A stretch of 64,000 nucleotides of DNA from Paraphysomonas bandaiensis (GCA_965644295.1 CBFFRP010000319.1:115610-179609); one strand, 5' to 3'; shown: positions 25,786-41,200, counted from the stretch's first letter. A program made the numbers and translations. Notes: generated by a model from the sequence alone, not told the origin.

Positions 25786-26823
25786 AGAACGATCATATGT
25801 ATCTATCAGTATCTATTAGATTATGTAATTTAGTATGTTGCTTTGTAGCCACACTAACGACACTCGTTCTCTTCTCTGATGCCATTAGATGTCCTTTCAA
25901 CATACATTACATCACAAACCTTAAAAGCATATAACAAACTGTACATGATAATAAGTATCTGATATCTTTGCATTTTATAGGCCCTTGTTGCCTTGTTGCA
26001 CTCGTAGCTAGTTAGTTATCCGAGTAGGGTTAATACTCCATTTGGTCCTCAGTAATATCACTGATATATATATATGATTTGAACGTAACTTATATATGTT
26101 GGGTTTTCTTATCGTATCGGCAGTCAGCATCTTAGTTTTCGGGAATATATTGAAGCAAAATTTATCTACATTACTGGAGTACAACTACGGCTGGAATACA
26201 GATAATTATTGTCTCAATATTATAGGCATCTATGAACAAAAATATACAAAGGATGCCAATACGATGTCGATGTTATTTTCTTTCAGTTTGATTGTGTGTG
26301 ATGGTTGGAGGACGTCACAGCTTTATCAAAACTGTTAGCAGAATGGTGCAGGTATCCTTTGTTAGGAGGCAGATGCCAAAGTTTTATGATGATGTTTGCT
26401 TTTTTAGTAGTTAAGTCAATTAGATGTGTATGTTTGGTGATGGTTGTAAAATTGTCATAGTATCGTCATTATTGAAAGTTCGTGTATGTCGTGTAGATTG
26501 AAGAGACAGTGTAGGCACTGGTACTGTCCTGGAGGTAATACTGAAATACCTGCGAGGTGAGAATCTATGAAGGTACAGTTCCATAATTTCATGGATAGAT
26601 TGTGATAATGTTATAGGTCAGGACATCGCCGCTGACGGATCAAAGGATGAGTAATTGGAAAAATTTAATTAGCTAAGGTGTAGCTAGTCTTTGTTTGCGA
26701 GTGTAGTTCGTTTTCATGTGATTTTTATGACTAGTACTAAAAATGGAATATACACATGTCTTTAGCAGCTAATTCTAGTACTTTAGACCGGCTAGAAGAT
26801 TGTTGCAATATTATATATGAGAT

Positions 26824-26866
26824 GTTATCTTACAATACTATTGCGATATATTGTTCCCTAGCCCTA
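26824..26866. mobile_element. Solo diverged terminus of the same hAT family as 22595-23399
   Basis: gttatcttacaatactattgcgatatattgttccctagcccta matches the reverse complement of the element's left end (gctatctaacaatagtattgcaatatattgttccctatccctg) with few mismatches. Confidence 0.7.
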
Positions 26867-27190
26867 CTGTATATATTCAGTTGAAAGAGTGATCCATGCT
26901 AAATGGCATACCGTCCTCTGAAAATTCAATAGTAGCGTCACATCAGAGCCTGACGAGAAGAATAAAGAATTTTAAAAACGAACACATATTACATATTTTG
27001 CGAGTGAAATGAACGCTGCAAACCGCACTCTTATCGAAATGCTATAGGCCATAATTCTACAGTATAGATATCAGTCATACGATTCTTCGCCATCACTGAA
27101 CAATATTCATTGATAAAATGAGCAGCGCACACCGCGTATATCGACTATGAGGCTGCTAAGAGAATACATATTTATCCACCAAAAACATTA

Positions 27191-29786
27191 TCATAATTCA
27201 ATCCTTCCATGCTCTGGAATAGTCACAGTTGTTGACATAATATTGTCAAATTTCGTGATATCAATAGGTTTCCCCAAAACCGTATCGGCTCCACAGTTAA
27301 TAAAATATAAAACATCGTCTGGCATTACGTTTCCAGTTACACCTACAATTTTCAAAGATTTAAATCCTAAACTCCTGATCATTTGAGTTGCTTCCGGTCC
27401 GTTCATCTAAAAAGGAGAGTTACAACAGTAATTGACATAAACTACGATCAGCTCTTACATGGGGCATTTGATAGTCCATTAAAATGCATTCATATCTATA
27501 GGCAGCATCAGATTTCATGATGCGGACACATTCGGCACCGTCTTCTGCTTCATCACACACATAACCTCGCTTCGTCAGCAGACGACAGAGGAGCTTACGA
27601 TTGGATGCCGCATCGTCCACAACTAGTACTCTCATGCCGCTATTGATGACCCTGTCGCATGATGACGGCACGGCTGGTGGAACAACAGGCCCCTTTTGAG
27701 ACGCCTCTTGGGATAACGTGGTCAATTCCACCAGAGGAAGCTCGATGTAGAACGTAGACCCTAATCCTACACCTTCGGATGAAACCCATATTTGCCCATT
27801 GTGAATTGTTATTATGCCTTTGGTTATCCAAAGCCCAAGACCACTTCCGTTTCCCATCTGGAGCGTATTAGCGTTCAATTGAGTTCCTTCATTAAATAGG
27901 CGTGCTTGGTCCTCTAGCAGTATCCCTGGACCAGAGTCTGCCACCGAAATGAGAACAGATCCAGATTGCTTAGCTTCCCGATTCGCATTTTCTTCGGTCA
28001 AAGCTTTTTTTGACAATAGTCCGTGCTCGACCCATTTAGCAGATACACGCACAACTTCACCCCGAGGACTAAATTTAAGAGCATTGGAAATCAGATTTCG
28101 TACAGCTTGGCTAAGACGAATAAAATCTCCCATAACATGGAGAGAAGACAAGTAATTTCTACGTGAAACAGAATGATAAGCATAAAAAGCCTCGCAATCG
28201 AACGCTATAACGACACCAGCTTCTATGGCTTGTAATTTAAAAGAATCGACTATACTCCGCAGAAGTTCCCATATCGCAACCGGTTTGACTTCGATTTTAA
28301 GTTTTCCTGCCTCAATTTTATCGTACTGTAAAAGGTCATTGAGCACAGATACAGCGGTGTCTGTGCTGCATTGAATGTCATTTATCAATGAGCTCAATTC
28401 GTCGCATTTCGCACAGGGTTGACAGTATTCATCCACCTCGTCCTCTGAATTACCCTTGGTTTTCAAAGTCGACTCGCTCAACACTTCATGAACTAAACGA
28501 AGGCCCATTTTTGCAGTGTTCAATGGCGTCCGAATCTCGTGCGACACAAATCTTACGAATTGGCGTTTCGCTTGAAGAACTTGGTCCTTCTGTGAGTTTT
28601 CATCTTTCGACACGCGGTCGTAAACAAAGAATAAGATAGTGGTAAACGCTACTACCGCCAGACTGACAGCAGACACTGCAAGAGGGGTGGACGTATGATA
28701 CTTATCATAAAATGCATGCGTTGGATATATGAGCATGGTATACGTGGTCGAGTCCAAACTGTCCGTGTCTATTTTGACTTGCATTTCTCTTTTCATTGGG
28801 TCAAACTTTTTGTCGTGTAGGTCCCCCGAGCCCTTTAGCACAGCTTTATCACGATGCAGCCGGAAAGTATATTGCTGCGTCTGGGTAGAAATCACACAAT
28901 CCACTTGATCTATCTTATCTGGCAATAGTTCGACAAATAACGAATCCCAGTTAAATGCGGCGATCGTATAACCCACAATCGCACTGCTGTTGTGATAAGG
29001 CATCACAGGTGAAAAAAGCAGTGAGTTAGGCCGATAGCTCTCATCACTAATATGTTGGATTATATCAGTTAGGTGAGAGCAACTGGAGTTACCAGCCTGG
29101 ACGCACTCATATACTCGGTCAATAGCCGCACCACGTATAGGTTCGGAGTGAAGATTGTAGAGCATAGCCTTCGTGGATGACGGAAAGGCACTCAAGAGGA
29201 TAGGGACCAACACATCATACTCACTGTGATTACTCTCTCCTGTCGTATCATGATATCTCTCGCTATTAGAATTCAGCGAAAATACACCGAAGCCAAATGG
29301 AGACATACCAGCATCATCCGGAAGTTCTGAGTCTGCAGCAAATACCTCTTTTGCATATGCCTCAAAACTAGATACATCGTCAGGCCATACTATCGGCGCT
29401 AACGTCACTCGCACATTAGACATATCATTCATATTGTCGTTCATTGCATAATAACCCTGAGTCGAAGCATTCGGCCAGTTATATATGTGTGGATGTGCAT
29501 GACCCACAAACTGACCCATTGATTTAGCAGCTACCTCTACACGCTTCACTGATGACTCAATACCCGAATAAATATCTTCAGTGAGACTCTCAAATTGTGA
29601 TTTATAAACTTCATTTTCAGCTTGCCATAATAACATATAAGAAAATATTGTCAATAATATAACTGTAGCGACAAGTGAGAGACCCACTAATAGTGATAAG
29701 TAGAATACACGGCTTGTTATTAACCAGTGACACTTACTCCTCTCTGTTGATATATCCATCACTTTCTTTGATGGAAAGAGACGCAT
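27191..29786 (-). CDS. Hybrid sensor histidine kinase (TM - CHASE-like sensor - TM - HisKA - HATPase - receiver); intron 27407-27458
   Basis: H-box FVSHEIRTPLN, N-box NLISNALKF, G1 DSGPGI, G2 GSGLGL, and receiver VLVVDD...ILMDYQMPH|MNGPE...VTGN...KP joined by a 52-nt GTAAG..TAG intron. Confidence 0.93.
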
Positions 29787-30109
29787 AGTTGATAGAAGTA
29801 CACACTCTCAAAAGAGAGGTACAAGATATAGTAACCGCTTCTTCGTATGTACACTCTCTCTCACTATATATATATATAGACATGTTGTAACATCTACACA
29901 GTCAGTGTATGTACATGTATGTATATCTCCTACACATCAATAGGAATTCCTACACATCCACAATCCAAAAAAAAATACTGTATGATTGAGTGTGTATGTG
30001 TGTATTTATATACTATAAATGCCGTTTTCACAGTACGAACTGAAACATTCATATCGTCATCATCATAGTCTAACTTCAACATACGACATCATATTGTTCC
30101 GCAAATACA

Positions 30110-30640
30110 GATTTCAGATATCTGGATATTCATGATTTTTTAATATAAAAATTCTATAAAAAACTGAGAAAATTGAAAAATGTAATATAAAAATCCATCA
30201 ATATCTGAAAACATAATAATTTTAAAGTCCTGTACTGTGTACACTATGTACAAACTAGTAAGACAATTAGTGCTACGACTGATCTGTGGATGCAGTAGTT
30301 TCTGTGATATCTATGGGGCTTAAATCAACCAGCTTCCTATCCATTCACATACTGTATATATCCACTTACTCTATGAATGACTCGTCTACAAACAAACACA
30401 AGCGACAGCCTTCTGATTAAGATCAAACCCAATCAAATTCAATAATTTGGATGATATCAGTTGATCCTGAAGCGAATATGTCCCAAACAGGAAAGTTGTG
30501 TCCTCATGATTTATATGGTACATGACTTCAATCACTTCATAAAAACTCAATTTTCACATTCATAATTTTCAGAAATCCAGTTTTGATTAAACTTTTAATG
30601 AAAAAAATCGATGAAATCTAGAAATCATGCTGAAAAGTAG
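30110..30640. repeat. Degenerate inverted repeat pair (~70-90 bp arms), possible old MITE
   Basis: ttcagatatctggatattcatgattttttaatataaaattctataaaaaactg at ~30113 aligns loosely with the reverse complement of 30575-30635. The region is AT-rich, so chance similarity is possible. Confidence 0.4.
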
Positions 30641-31043
30641 TATCGTATTAATCTTCGGTCTTAATCTGAAGATGTATGTGTATGTAGATACTGCTATATG
30701 TCACAACTCCATAGTCTATTTGCAGTCACTGTGCAATGAATGGACCTCCCTGCAACTGCAGCCTTTCCCTGATAATAGATACCACCAGTATCTGTGATAA
30801 ACCGTATATTATGACGTTGTGTATCTGATATACATGCCTCAGGAGCTCTATAATAATTATGGTACTGTGTGTTGTTATAGTCTTTAGATCCTCAGAAAGA
30901 CCACTAAACGTGATGGCTGAGTTTATGTTAACGTACTGTGGCTGTATATCAATTTACTTTTCCGTATATGTAATCCACTTCGTAATAAGTATTTCAGTTT
31001 AACATCCGTCTGTTGAAGTCGAAAAAACTACCACAATAGCTTT

Positions 31044-31770
31044 CAGGGCCTGCCTGGTAACAATATATTGCCAGCAAAAATGAAGAATAATAATATTTTA
31101 AAGACCAATAAATAATAATAAATATATTGATATATTTTGGGCACTAAGAAGTAAACATTTACTCGATCGGTAGTAACTAGTCTACTACAACATGATGATG
31201 AAAGTCCAATAGCAATGCAGCAACTAGTACTCTAAGTATTCCAACTCTTCGTCACTGTCGTCCTCATTCTCGTCGTGATTGGACAGCTCATCATCAATGA
31301 CCTGTTGCACTCTTTGCGGTCCACAACTGCTTGTTGAACCGAAGGAACAGCAGCGGTTCGAGGCGTCGTGGGGTCATTCCTTGTCGCAAGCGTGTCATGA
31401 TAATCTTGGCTCTGCTGAACCAACGCTCTACAACGTTAGTTGAACTGAATATGTGCTTGGTCGATCGATACTGCGTGTCAAGCTATCGTCGTAACTTCTT
31501 GCTGGCTCTGTGGCTTTTCTTACATTTGCCACTTCGACGGCCCTATCCAGTGATTCAGCTTCTTCTGCATCTTTTCGAAATTTCTAGAAGAAAAAACTTT
31601 TTGTTGCCTTGCTTCCAGGAAGTAATTCCAACGCCTTGTGTTCAATGAATATAAAGCAAATGACGATCGAATAGTCTGGAATCGAATAATAGTTTTGGTG
31701 TTGTGACCGAAATGGGCGGATATGGCGATCATTTTTATGGCATCTTGCTTATTGACTGTTTACACTGGCA
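31044..31770 (-). mobile_element. hAT transposase 3' remnant with one TIR-like end
   Basis: Minus-strand frame at ~31473-31310 reads QYRSTKHIFSSTNVVERWFSRAKIIMTRLRQGMTPRRLEPLLFLRFNKQLW (hAT dimerisation domain), with stops upstream. CAGGGCCTGCCTGGTAACAATATATTG at 31044 resembles the TIR at 22595. Confidence 0.85.
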
Positions 31771-32269
31771 TGCTCTTAATGATTATAAGATAATTATATT
31801 CGTCAGTCTTCAGTAGTATGAGGACGACAGCATACTTTTAACAGTTTGAAATTTACTACAGTATTTGGTGAATATCATAACCGCTACAACATCATAACCA
31901 AGAGGATTACAGTGTCAGAAAATTTTTGTTGTTTGAGTATGTAGTATGTAGTACTGGGACGGTGTAGGTCGAAGCCGTAATGGAAGCAATGTCGACTAAG
32001 TAAGAATAGAGTACTAGAATAAGAAAAGCAAGCAATGTCAGATGTACACCCTTCTGATTTCTTTTATATAATATAATAGGAGCTAGTAGATAGTGCTTTG
32101 TGACAATTCATAGTAGATTTTATGTACTCTAAAATGCCAAAAATATTCGAAATGAAACGCAATTATTATAAACATAGCATCAGATTAATAATACTGTCGA
32201 AAAGAGAAAATTAAAATTAGTCTCAATCAAAAAGTCACGATTCCGTACATATATTCAGAGAAAGAAATA

Positions 32270-35200
32270 TCAAAGAAGAACTGTTGGAAGAGATGTTGGG
32301 GACAGCGTCACAGATGGCGCTTGAGATGGGTAGGCTGTTAAGGTTCCCACATATCCATGACATAGTACACATGTCGCGGGTCCTGTGCCCTTCCCAATTA
32401 TCAACACCGATACTCTCTCACCCGTTGCATGGATCGTCTCCTCGTCCAAACATTGGTCTTCTTGAGTTATCATATTCAACCCCGTTGTACTCACAGAAAA
32501 TGCTCGTAAACCCGTACTATCAGATAAACTCGTTGATGTAGTCACCGTACCAAATACGCCCGGTGATGAAACGTACTCATTGGCAAAATCAATATGTAAT
32601 AAGTCATTAGTTACACCTGTGAATTGATGAGTCTCAAACGTCCACCCCTCCGCACATGTCACTGATGACCCAAACTCAAATGTCATATACGAAAGTGTCT
32701 CAGGCTCCAACATCACATAGTAACTTGGATCAGCAGAGTCGTGGGGCTGAAGTACATACTTACCGAAACGCCTCGCGATGTTAAATCCACGAGGGATCAA
32801 TAAACGGTCATACACTACAGTCTGAAGCTGAAGTATCACACCCACATCAACATCAATGTCATATGTACACAAAGCATCCGGTGACTCGCAACCACTCGGA
32901 TAATTGATCCGAACAAAATTGTCGCGATTCGTTACATCACCATCCTGCCGTGTTATTGGACCACTACCGACAAAAAAGTAATGACCCGACAGCTCATAAG
33001 CACCGTGCTCAGCAACTAACCAAGACAAGTGCAATGGTGGAGATATCACCGTCGGTACAGTCCACTCCTTCGAACAGAAACTGTCATTTGCCTGATACAA
33101 ACGTACTTCAAATGACACCCGACCAGAAAACACTTCCACATTGCGAACACGAGCTATTGCGGGATACCCCTCATCAGATGTATCTCCGGGTATGTCAGGA
33201 AGACTCACAAACACACTCGCGTCATCAAATGACGACAATGTTGTACTCAGTGACACCCACACTTGGTCATCCACATCCACAGATCCGATCTCCAACCATT
33301 CAGATGAAAGCATTGTATCAGATATTACATCCACTATTTCCTCATCCACACCGTCATCACAGGCATCAGTAACTGGTAGTGTCGGTAGCACCGTAGGAAT
33401 GACGGATGGTAAAGCGCTAGGAATATTCGTAGGCATAACTGTGGGACACCTGGATGGAATAACAGTTGGGATCACTGTAGGTGTCACAGATGGAGATACA
33501 GAAGGAAGCTGTGTGGGACATGCCGTCGGACTCGATGTGGGAGTCTTGCTTGGGGAAGGTGTTGGGCTCAATACAACTGGAGATGATGCAGGCGAGAGAG
33601 TGGGGCGTGAAGTCGGGGATCGGGTTGGGTCAGATGTTGGTACCTCTGTTGGAATAGGAGTAGGAGAGACTGTTGGAAGAGATGTTGGGGACAGCGTCAC
33701 AGATGGCGCTTGAGATGGGTAGGCTGTTAAGGTTCCCACATATCCATGACATAGTACACATGTCGCGGGACCTGTGCCCTTCCCAATTATCAACACCGAT
33801 ACTCTCTCACCAGTTGCATGGATCGTCTCCTCGTCCAAACATTGGTCTTCTTGAGTTATCATATTCAACCCCGTTGTACTCACAGAAAATACTCGTAAAC
33901 CCGTACTATCAGATAAACTCGTTGATGTAGTCACCGTACCAAATACGCCCGGTGATGAAACATACTCATTGGCAAAATCAATATGTAATAAGTCATTAGT
34001 TACACCTGTGAATTGATGAGTCTCAAACGTCCACCCCTCCGCACATGTCACTGATGACCCAAACTCAAATGTCATATACGAAAGTGTCTCAGGCTCCAAC
34101 ATCACATAGTAACTTGGATCAGCAGAGTCGTGGGGCTGAAGTACATACTTACCGAAACGCCTCGCGATGTTAAATCCACGAGGGATCAATAAACGGTCAT
34201 ACACTACAGTCTGAAGCTGAAGTATCACACCCACATCAACATCAATGTCATATGTACACAAAGCATCCGGTGACTCGCAACCACTCGGATAATTGATCCG
34301 AACAAAATTGTCGCGATTCGTTACATCACCATCCTGCCGTGTTATTGGACCACTACCGACAAAAAAGTAATGACCCGACAGCTCATAAGCACCATGCTCA
34401 GCAACTAACCAAGACAAGTGCAATGGTGGAGATATCACCGTCGGTACAGTCCACTCCTTCGAACAGAAACTATCATTTGCCTGATACAAACGTACTTCAA
34501 ATGACACCCGACCAGAAAACACTTCCACATTGCGAACACGAGCTATTGCGGGATACCCCTCATCAGATGTATCTCCGGGTATGTCAGGAAGACTCACAAA
34601 CACACTCGCGTCATCAAATGACGACAATGTTGTACTCAGTGACACCCACATTTGGTCATCCACATCCACAGATCCGATCTCCAACCATTCAGATGAAAGC
34701 ATTGTATCAGATATTACATCCACTATTTCCTCATCCACACCGTCATCACAGGCATCAGTAACTGGTAGTGTCGGTAGCACCGTAGGAATGACGGATGGTA
34801 AAGCGCTAGGAATATTCGTAGGCATAACTGTGGGACACCTGGATGGAATAACAGTTGGGGTCACTGTAGGCTTCACAGATGGAGGTACAGAAGGAAGTTG
34901 TGTGGGACATGCCGTCGGACTCGACGTGGGAGTCCTGCTTGGGGAAGGTGTTGGGCTCAATACAACTGGAGATGATGCAGGCGAGAGAGTGGGGCGTGAA
35001 GTCGGGGATCGGGTTGGGTCAGATGTTGGTACCTCTGTTGGAAAAGGAGTAGGAGAGACTGTTGGAAGAGATGTTGGGGACAGCGTCACAGATGGCGCTT
35101 GAGATGGGTAGGCTGTTAAGGTTCCCACATATCCATGACATAATACACATGTCGCGGGACCTGTGCCCTTCCCAATTATCAACACCGATACTCTCTCACC

Positions 35201-38200
35201 AGTTGCATGGATCGTCTCCTCGTCCAAACATTGGTCTTCTTGAGTTATCATATTCAACCCCGTTGTACTCACAGAAAATACTCGTAAACCCGTACTATCA
35301 GATAAACTCGTTGATGTAGTCACCGTACCAAATACGCCCGGTGATGAAACATACTCATTGGCAAAATCAATATGTAATAAGTCATTAGTTACACCTGTGA
35401 ATTGATGAGTCTCAAATGTCCACCCCTCCGCACATGTCACTGATGACCCAAACTCAAATGTCATATACGAAAGTGTCTCAGGCTCCAACATCACATAGTA
35501 ACTTGGATCAGCAGAGTCGTGGGGCTGAAGTACATACTTACCGAAACGCCTCGCGATGTTAAATCCACGAGGGATCAATAAACGGTCATACACTACAGTC
35601 TGAAGCTGAAGTATCACACCCACATCAACATCAATGTCATATGCACACAAAGCATCCGGTGACTCGCAACCACTCGGATAATTGATCCGAACAAAATTGT
35701 CGCGATTCGTTACATCACCATCCTGCCGTGTTATTGGACCACTACCGACAAAAAAGTAATGACCTGACAGCTCATAAGCACCGTGCTCAGCAACTAACCA
35801 AGACAAGTGCAATGGTGGAGATATCACCGTCGGTACAGTCCACTCCTTCGAACAGAAACTGTCATTTGCCTGATACAAACGCACTTCAAATGACACCCGA
35901 CCAGAAAACACTTCCACATTGCGAACACGAGCTATTGCGGGATATCCCTCATCAGATGTATCTCCGGGTATGTCAGGAAGACTCACAAACACACTCACGT
36001 CATCAAATGACGACAATGTTGTACTCAGTGACACCCACATTTGGTCATCCACATCCACAGATCCGATCTCCAACCATTCAGATGAAAGCATAGTGTCAGA
36101 TATTACATCCACTATTTCCTCATCCACACCGTCATCACAGGCATCAGTAACTGGTAGTGTCGGTAGCACCGTAGGAATGACGGATGGTAAAGCGCTAGGA
36201 ATATTCGTAGGCATAACTGTGGGACACCTGGATGGAATAACAGTTGGGGTCACTGTAGGCTTCACAGATGGAGGTACAGAAGGAAGTTGTGTGGGACATG
36301 CCGTCGGACTCGACGTGGGAGTCCTGCTTGGGGAAGGTGTTGGGCTCAATACAACTGGAGATGATGCAGGCGAGAGAGTGGGGCGTGAAGTCGGGGATCG
36401 GGTTGGGTCAGATGTTGGTACCTCTGTTGGAATAGGAGTAGGAGAGACTGTTGGAAGAGATGTTGGGGACAGCGTCACAGATGGCGCTTGAGATGGGTAG
36501 GCTGTTAAGGTTCCCACATATCCATGACATAGTACACATGTCGCGGGACCTGTGCCCTTCCCAATTATCAACACCGATACTCTCTCACCAGTTGCATGGA
36601 TCGTCTCCTCGTCCAAACATTGGTCTTCTTGAGTTATCATATTCAACCCCGTTGTACTCACAGAAAATACTCGTAAACCCGTACTATCAGATAAACTCGT
36701 TGATGTAGTTACCGTACCAAATACGCCCGGTGATGAAACATACTCATTGGCAAAATCAATATGTAATAAGTCATTAGTTACACCTGTGAATTGATGAGTC
36801 TCAAACGTCCACCCCTCCGCACATGTCACTGATGACCCAAACTCAAATGTCATATACGAAAGTGTCTCAGGCTCCAACATCACATAGTAACTTGGATCAG
36901 CAGAGTCGTGGGGCTGAAGTACATACTTACCAAAACGCCTCGCGATGTTAAATCCACGAGGGATCAATAAACGGTCATACACTACAGTCTGAAGCTGAAG
37001 TATCACACCCACATCAACATCAATGTCATATGCACACAAAGCATCCGGTGACTCGCAACCACTCGGATAATTGATCCGAACAAAATTGTCGCGATTCGTT
37101 ACATCACCATCCTGCCGTGTTATTGGACCACTACCGACAAAAAAGTAATGACCCGACAGCTCATAAGCACCGTGCTCAGCAACTAACCAAGACAAGTGCA
37201 ATGGTGGAGATATCACCGTCGGTACAGTCCACTCCTTCGAACAGAAACTATCATTTGCCTGATACAAACGTACTTCAAATGACACCCGACCAGAAAACAC
37301 TTCCACATTGCGAACACGAGCTATTGCGGGATATCCCTCATCAGATGTATCTCCGGGTATGTCAGGAAGACTCACAAACACACTCGCGTCATCAAATGAC
37401 GACAATGTTGTACTCAGTGACACCCACATTTGGTCATCCACATCCACAGATCCGATCTCCAACCATTCAGACGAAAGCATTGTATCAGATATTACATCCA
37501 CTATTTCCTCATCCACGCCGTCATCACAGGCATCAGTAACTGGTAGTGTCGGTAGCACCGTAGGAATGACGGATGGTAAAGCGCTAGGAATATTCGTAGG
37601 CATAACTGTGGGACACCTGGATGGAATAACAGTTGGGATCACTGTAGGTGTCACAGATGGAGGTACAGAAGGAAGTTGTGTGGGACATGCCGTCGGACTC
37701 GACGTGGGAGTCCTGCTTGGGGAAGGTGTTGGGCTCAATACAACTGGAGATGATGCAGGCGAGAGAGTGGGGCGTGAAGTCGGGGATCGGGTTGGGTCAG
37801 ATGTTGGTACCTCTGTTGGAAAAGGAGTAGGAGAGACTGTTGGAAGAGATGTTGGGGACAGCGTCACAGATGGCGCTTGAGATGGGTAGGCTGTTAAGGT
37901 TCCCACATATCCATGACATAATACACATGTCGCGGGACCTGTGCCCTTCCCAATTATCAACACCGATACTCTCTCACCAGTTGCATGGATCGTCTCCTCG
38001 TCCAAACATTGGTCTTCTTGAGTTATCATATTCAACCCCGTTGTACTCACAGAAAATACTCGTAAACCCGTACTATCAGATAAACTCGTTGATGTAGTCA
38101 CCGTACCAAATACGCCCGGTGATGAAACATACTCATTGGCAAAATCAATATGTAATAAGTCATTAGTTACACCTGTGAATTGATGAGTCTCAAACGTCCA

Positions 38201-41200
38201 CCCCTCCGCACATGTCACTGATGACCCAAACTCAAATGTCATATACGAAAGTGTCTCAGGCTCCAACATCACATAGTAACTTGGATCAGCAGAGTCGTGG
38301 GGCTGAAGTACATACTTACCGAAACGCCTCGCGATGTTAAATCCACGAGGGATCAATAAACGGTCATACACTACAGTCTGAAGCTGAAGTATCACACCCA
38401 CATCAACATCAATGTCATATGTACACAAAGCATCCGATGACTCGCAACCACTCGGATAATTGATCCGAACAAAATTGTCGCGATTCGTTACATCACCATC
38501 CTGCCGTGTTATTGGACCACTACCGACAAAAAAGTAATGACCCGACAGCTCATAAGCACCATGCTCAGCAACTAACCAAGACAAGTGCAATGGTGGAGAT
38601 ATCACCGTCGGTACAGTCCACTCCTTCGAACAGAAACTATCATTTGCCTGATACAAACGTACTTCAAATGACACCCGACCAGAAAACACTTCCACATTGC
38701 GAACACGAGCTATTGCGGGATACCCCTCATCAGATGTATCTCCGGGTATGTCAGGAAGACTCACAAACACACTCGCGTCATCAAATGACGATAATGTTGT
38801 ACTCAGTGACACCCACACTTGGTCATCCACATCCACAGATCCGATCTCCAACCATTCAGATGAAAGCATAGTGTCAGATATTACATCCACTATCTCCACA
38901 TCATGTGCATTATTACATATAGTCGTGGGTTCAGCCGATGGAGTAGTCGGATTTAACGTTGGTGGAATAGTCTGAAGTTGTGTTAGTGGGTAACTTGGTG
39001 ACGTAGACGGTACTGACGATGGAGCAGGTGTTGGAGATGAAGTAGGAAAGAGAGTAGGTAAAGAAGTCGGGTTTATACTAGGACCCGTTGTAGGATTTGA
39101 AGTGGACGGGCCAAACGTTGGATAGAAAGACGGAAACGCAGTCGGATTTCCAGAGGGCGTAACAATAGAAGGTTCAGACGAAACAGGAGATAGACTAGGA
39201 CTCTCGGACACCTTCGTCGACAACATACCATAACATAATACACATGTCGCGGGTCTTGTGCCCTTCCCAATTATCAACACCGATACTCTTTCACCCGTTG
39301 CATGGATCGTCTCCTCGTCCAAACATTGGTCTTCTTGAGTTATCATATTCAACCCCGTTGTACTCACAGAAAATACTCGTAAACCCGTACTATCAGATAA
39401 ACTCGTTGATGTAGTTACCGTACCAAATACGCCCGGTGATGAAACATACTCATTGGCAAAATCAATATGTAATAAGTCATTAGTTACACCTGTGAATTGA
39501 TGAGTCTCAAACGTCCACCCCTCCGCACATGTCACTGATGACCCAAACTCAAATGTCATATACGAAAGTGTCTCAGGCTCCAACATCACATAGTAACTTG
39601 GATCAGCAGAGTCGTGGGGCTGAAGTACATACTTACCGAAACGCCTCGCGATGTTAAATCCACGAGGGATCAATAAACGGTCATACACTACAGTCTGAAG
39701 CTGAAGTATCACACCCACATCAACATCAATGTCATATGCACACAAAGCATCCGATGACTCGCAACCACTCGGATAATTGATCCGAACAAAATTGTCGCGA
39801 TTCGTTACATCACCATCCTGCCGTGTTATTGGACCACTACCAACAAAAAAGTAATGACCCGACAGCTCATAAGCACCATGCTCAGCAACTAACCAAGACA
39901 AGTGCAATGGTGGAGATATCACCGTCGGTACAGTCCACTCCTTCGAACAGAAACTGTCATTTGCCTGATACAAACGTACTTCAAATGACACCCGACCAGA
40001 AAACACTTCCACATTGCGAACACGAGCTATTGCGGGATATCCCTCATCAGATGTATCTCCGGGTATGTCAGGAAGACTCACAAACACACTCGCATTGTAA
40101 AAGATGGTTTGTTTTGTTGAAAGTGCTAGCCATACTTCATCGTTAACTTCAGCAAATCCTATTTCTAACCAACTATTCGATAGAGCTCTTTTTGTAATAT
40201 AGTTTCTCATCTCCGTGTCAACGCCATTGTGACATATAGTAGTCGGATTCGAAGTGGGTTGTGTTGGCACAAAGGTGGGAAATAATGTCGGAATCGCTGT
40301 AGGGTCTACAGATGGGATTGATGTTGGTAAGGAAGTAGGCATTGCAGTCGGTTTCGCAATCGGCACATTCGTTGGCACACACGATGGATACGACGATGGA
40401 TTGAAGGAAGGAACTGCACTGGGCTCTTCGGACGGAACACATGTCGGCTTCGACGACGGGACAAACGTAGGAAAAGCAACCGGTAATGAACTTGGAACCC
40501 CGGTCGGTATAGTTGGAATGCCACTAGGAAGATAGGATGGCTTACTCGTGGTAGGGATATGAGTTGGGAGAGTAGTTGGATTACTACTGGGGTCAACAGA
40601 AGGAAAGCAACTCGGAATCTCAGTTGGGCCACTTGACGGAACATACGACGGGACTGATGATGGTTCACCCGATGGATTCAACGTCGGATATACAGTGGGA
40701 AGTGATGTCGGTACACCTGAAGGATTACATGAAGGCACATCCGTCGGAATATACGAAGGTTGAGAGGATGGTGCATTACTCGGTGTACCCGTAGGATACA
40801 ATGATGGCTGAGCACTTGGTAACGAAGAAGGCAAACAAGATGGGACAGCAGTTGGTTCACTTGACGGAACATACGACGGGACTGATGATGGTTCACCCGA
40901 TGGATTCAACGTCGGATATAAAGTGGGAAGTGATGTCGGTACACCTGAAGGATTACATGAAGGCACATCCGTCGGAATATACGATGGTTGAGAGGATGGT
41001 GCATTACTCGGTGTACCCGTAGGATACAATGATGGCTGAGCACTTGGTAACGAAGAAGGCAAACAAGATGGGACAGCAGTTGGTTCACTTGACGGAACAT
41101 ACGACGGGACTGATGATGGTTCACCCGATGGATTCAACGTCGGATATAAAGTGGGAAGTGATGTCGGTACACCTGAAGGATTACATGAAGGCACATCCGT

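Noticed and set aside
25452-25833. ORFs of YIHT/MYVC repeats
   Set aside because: Translations of the (GTAT)n microsatellite.
26096-26700. Possible transposase remnant upstream of the solo TIR (FSLIVCDGW)
   Set aside because: One weak motif among many stops, with no matching second terminus or TSD.
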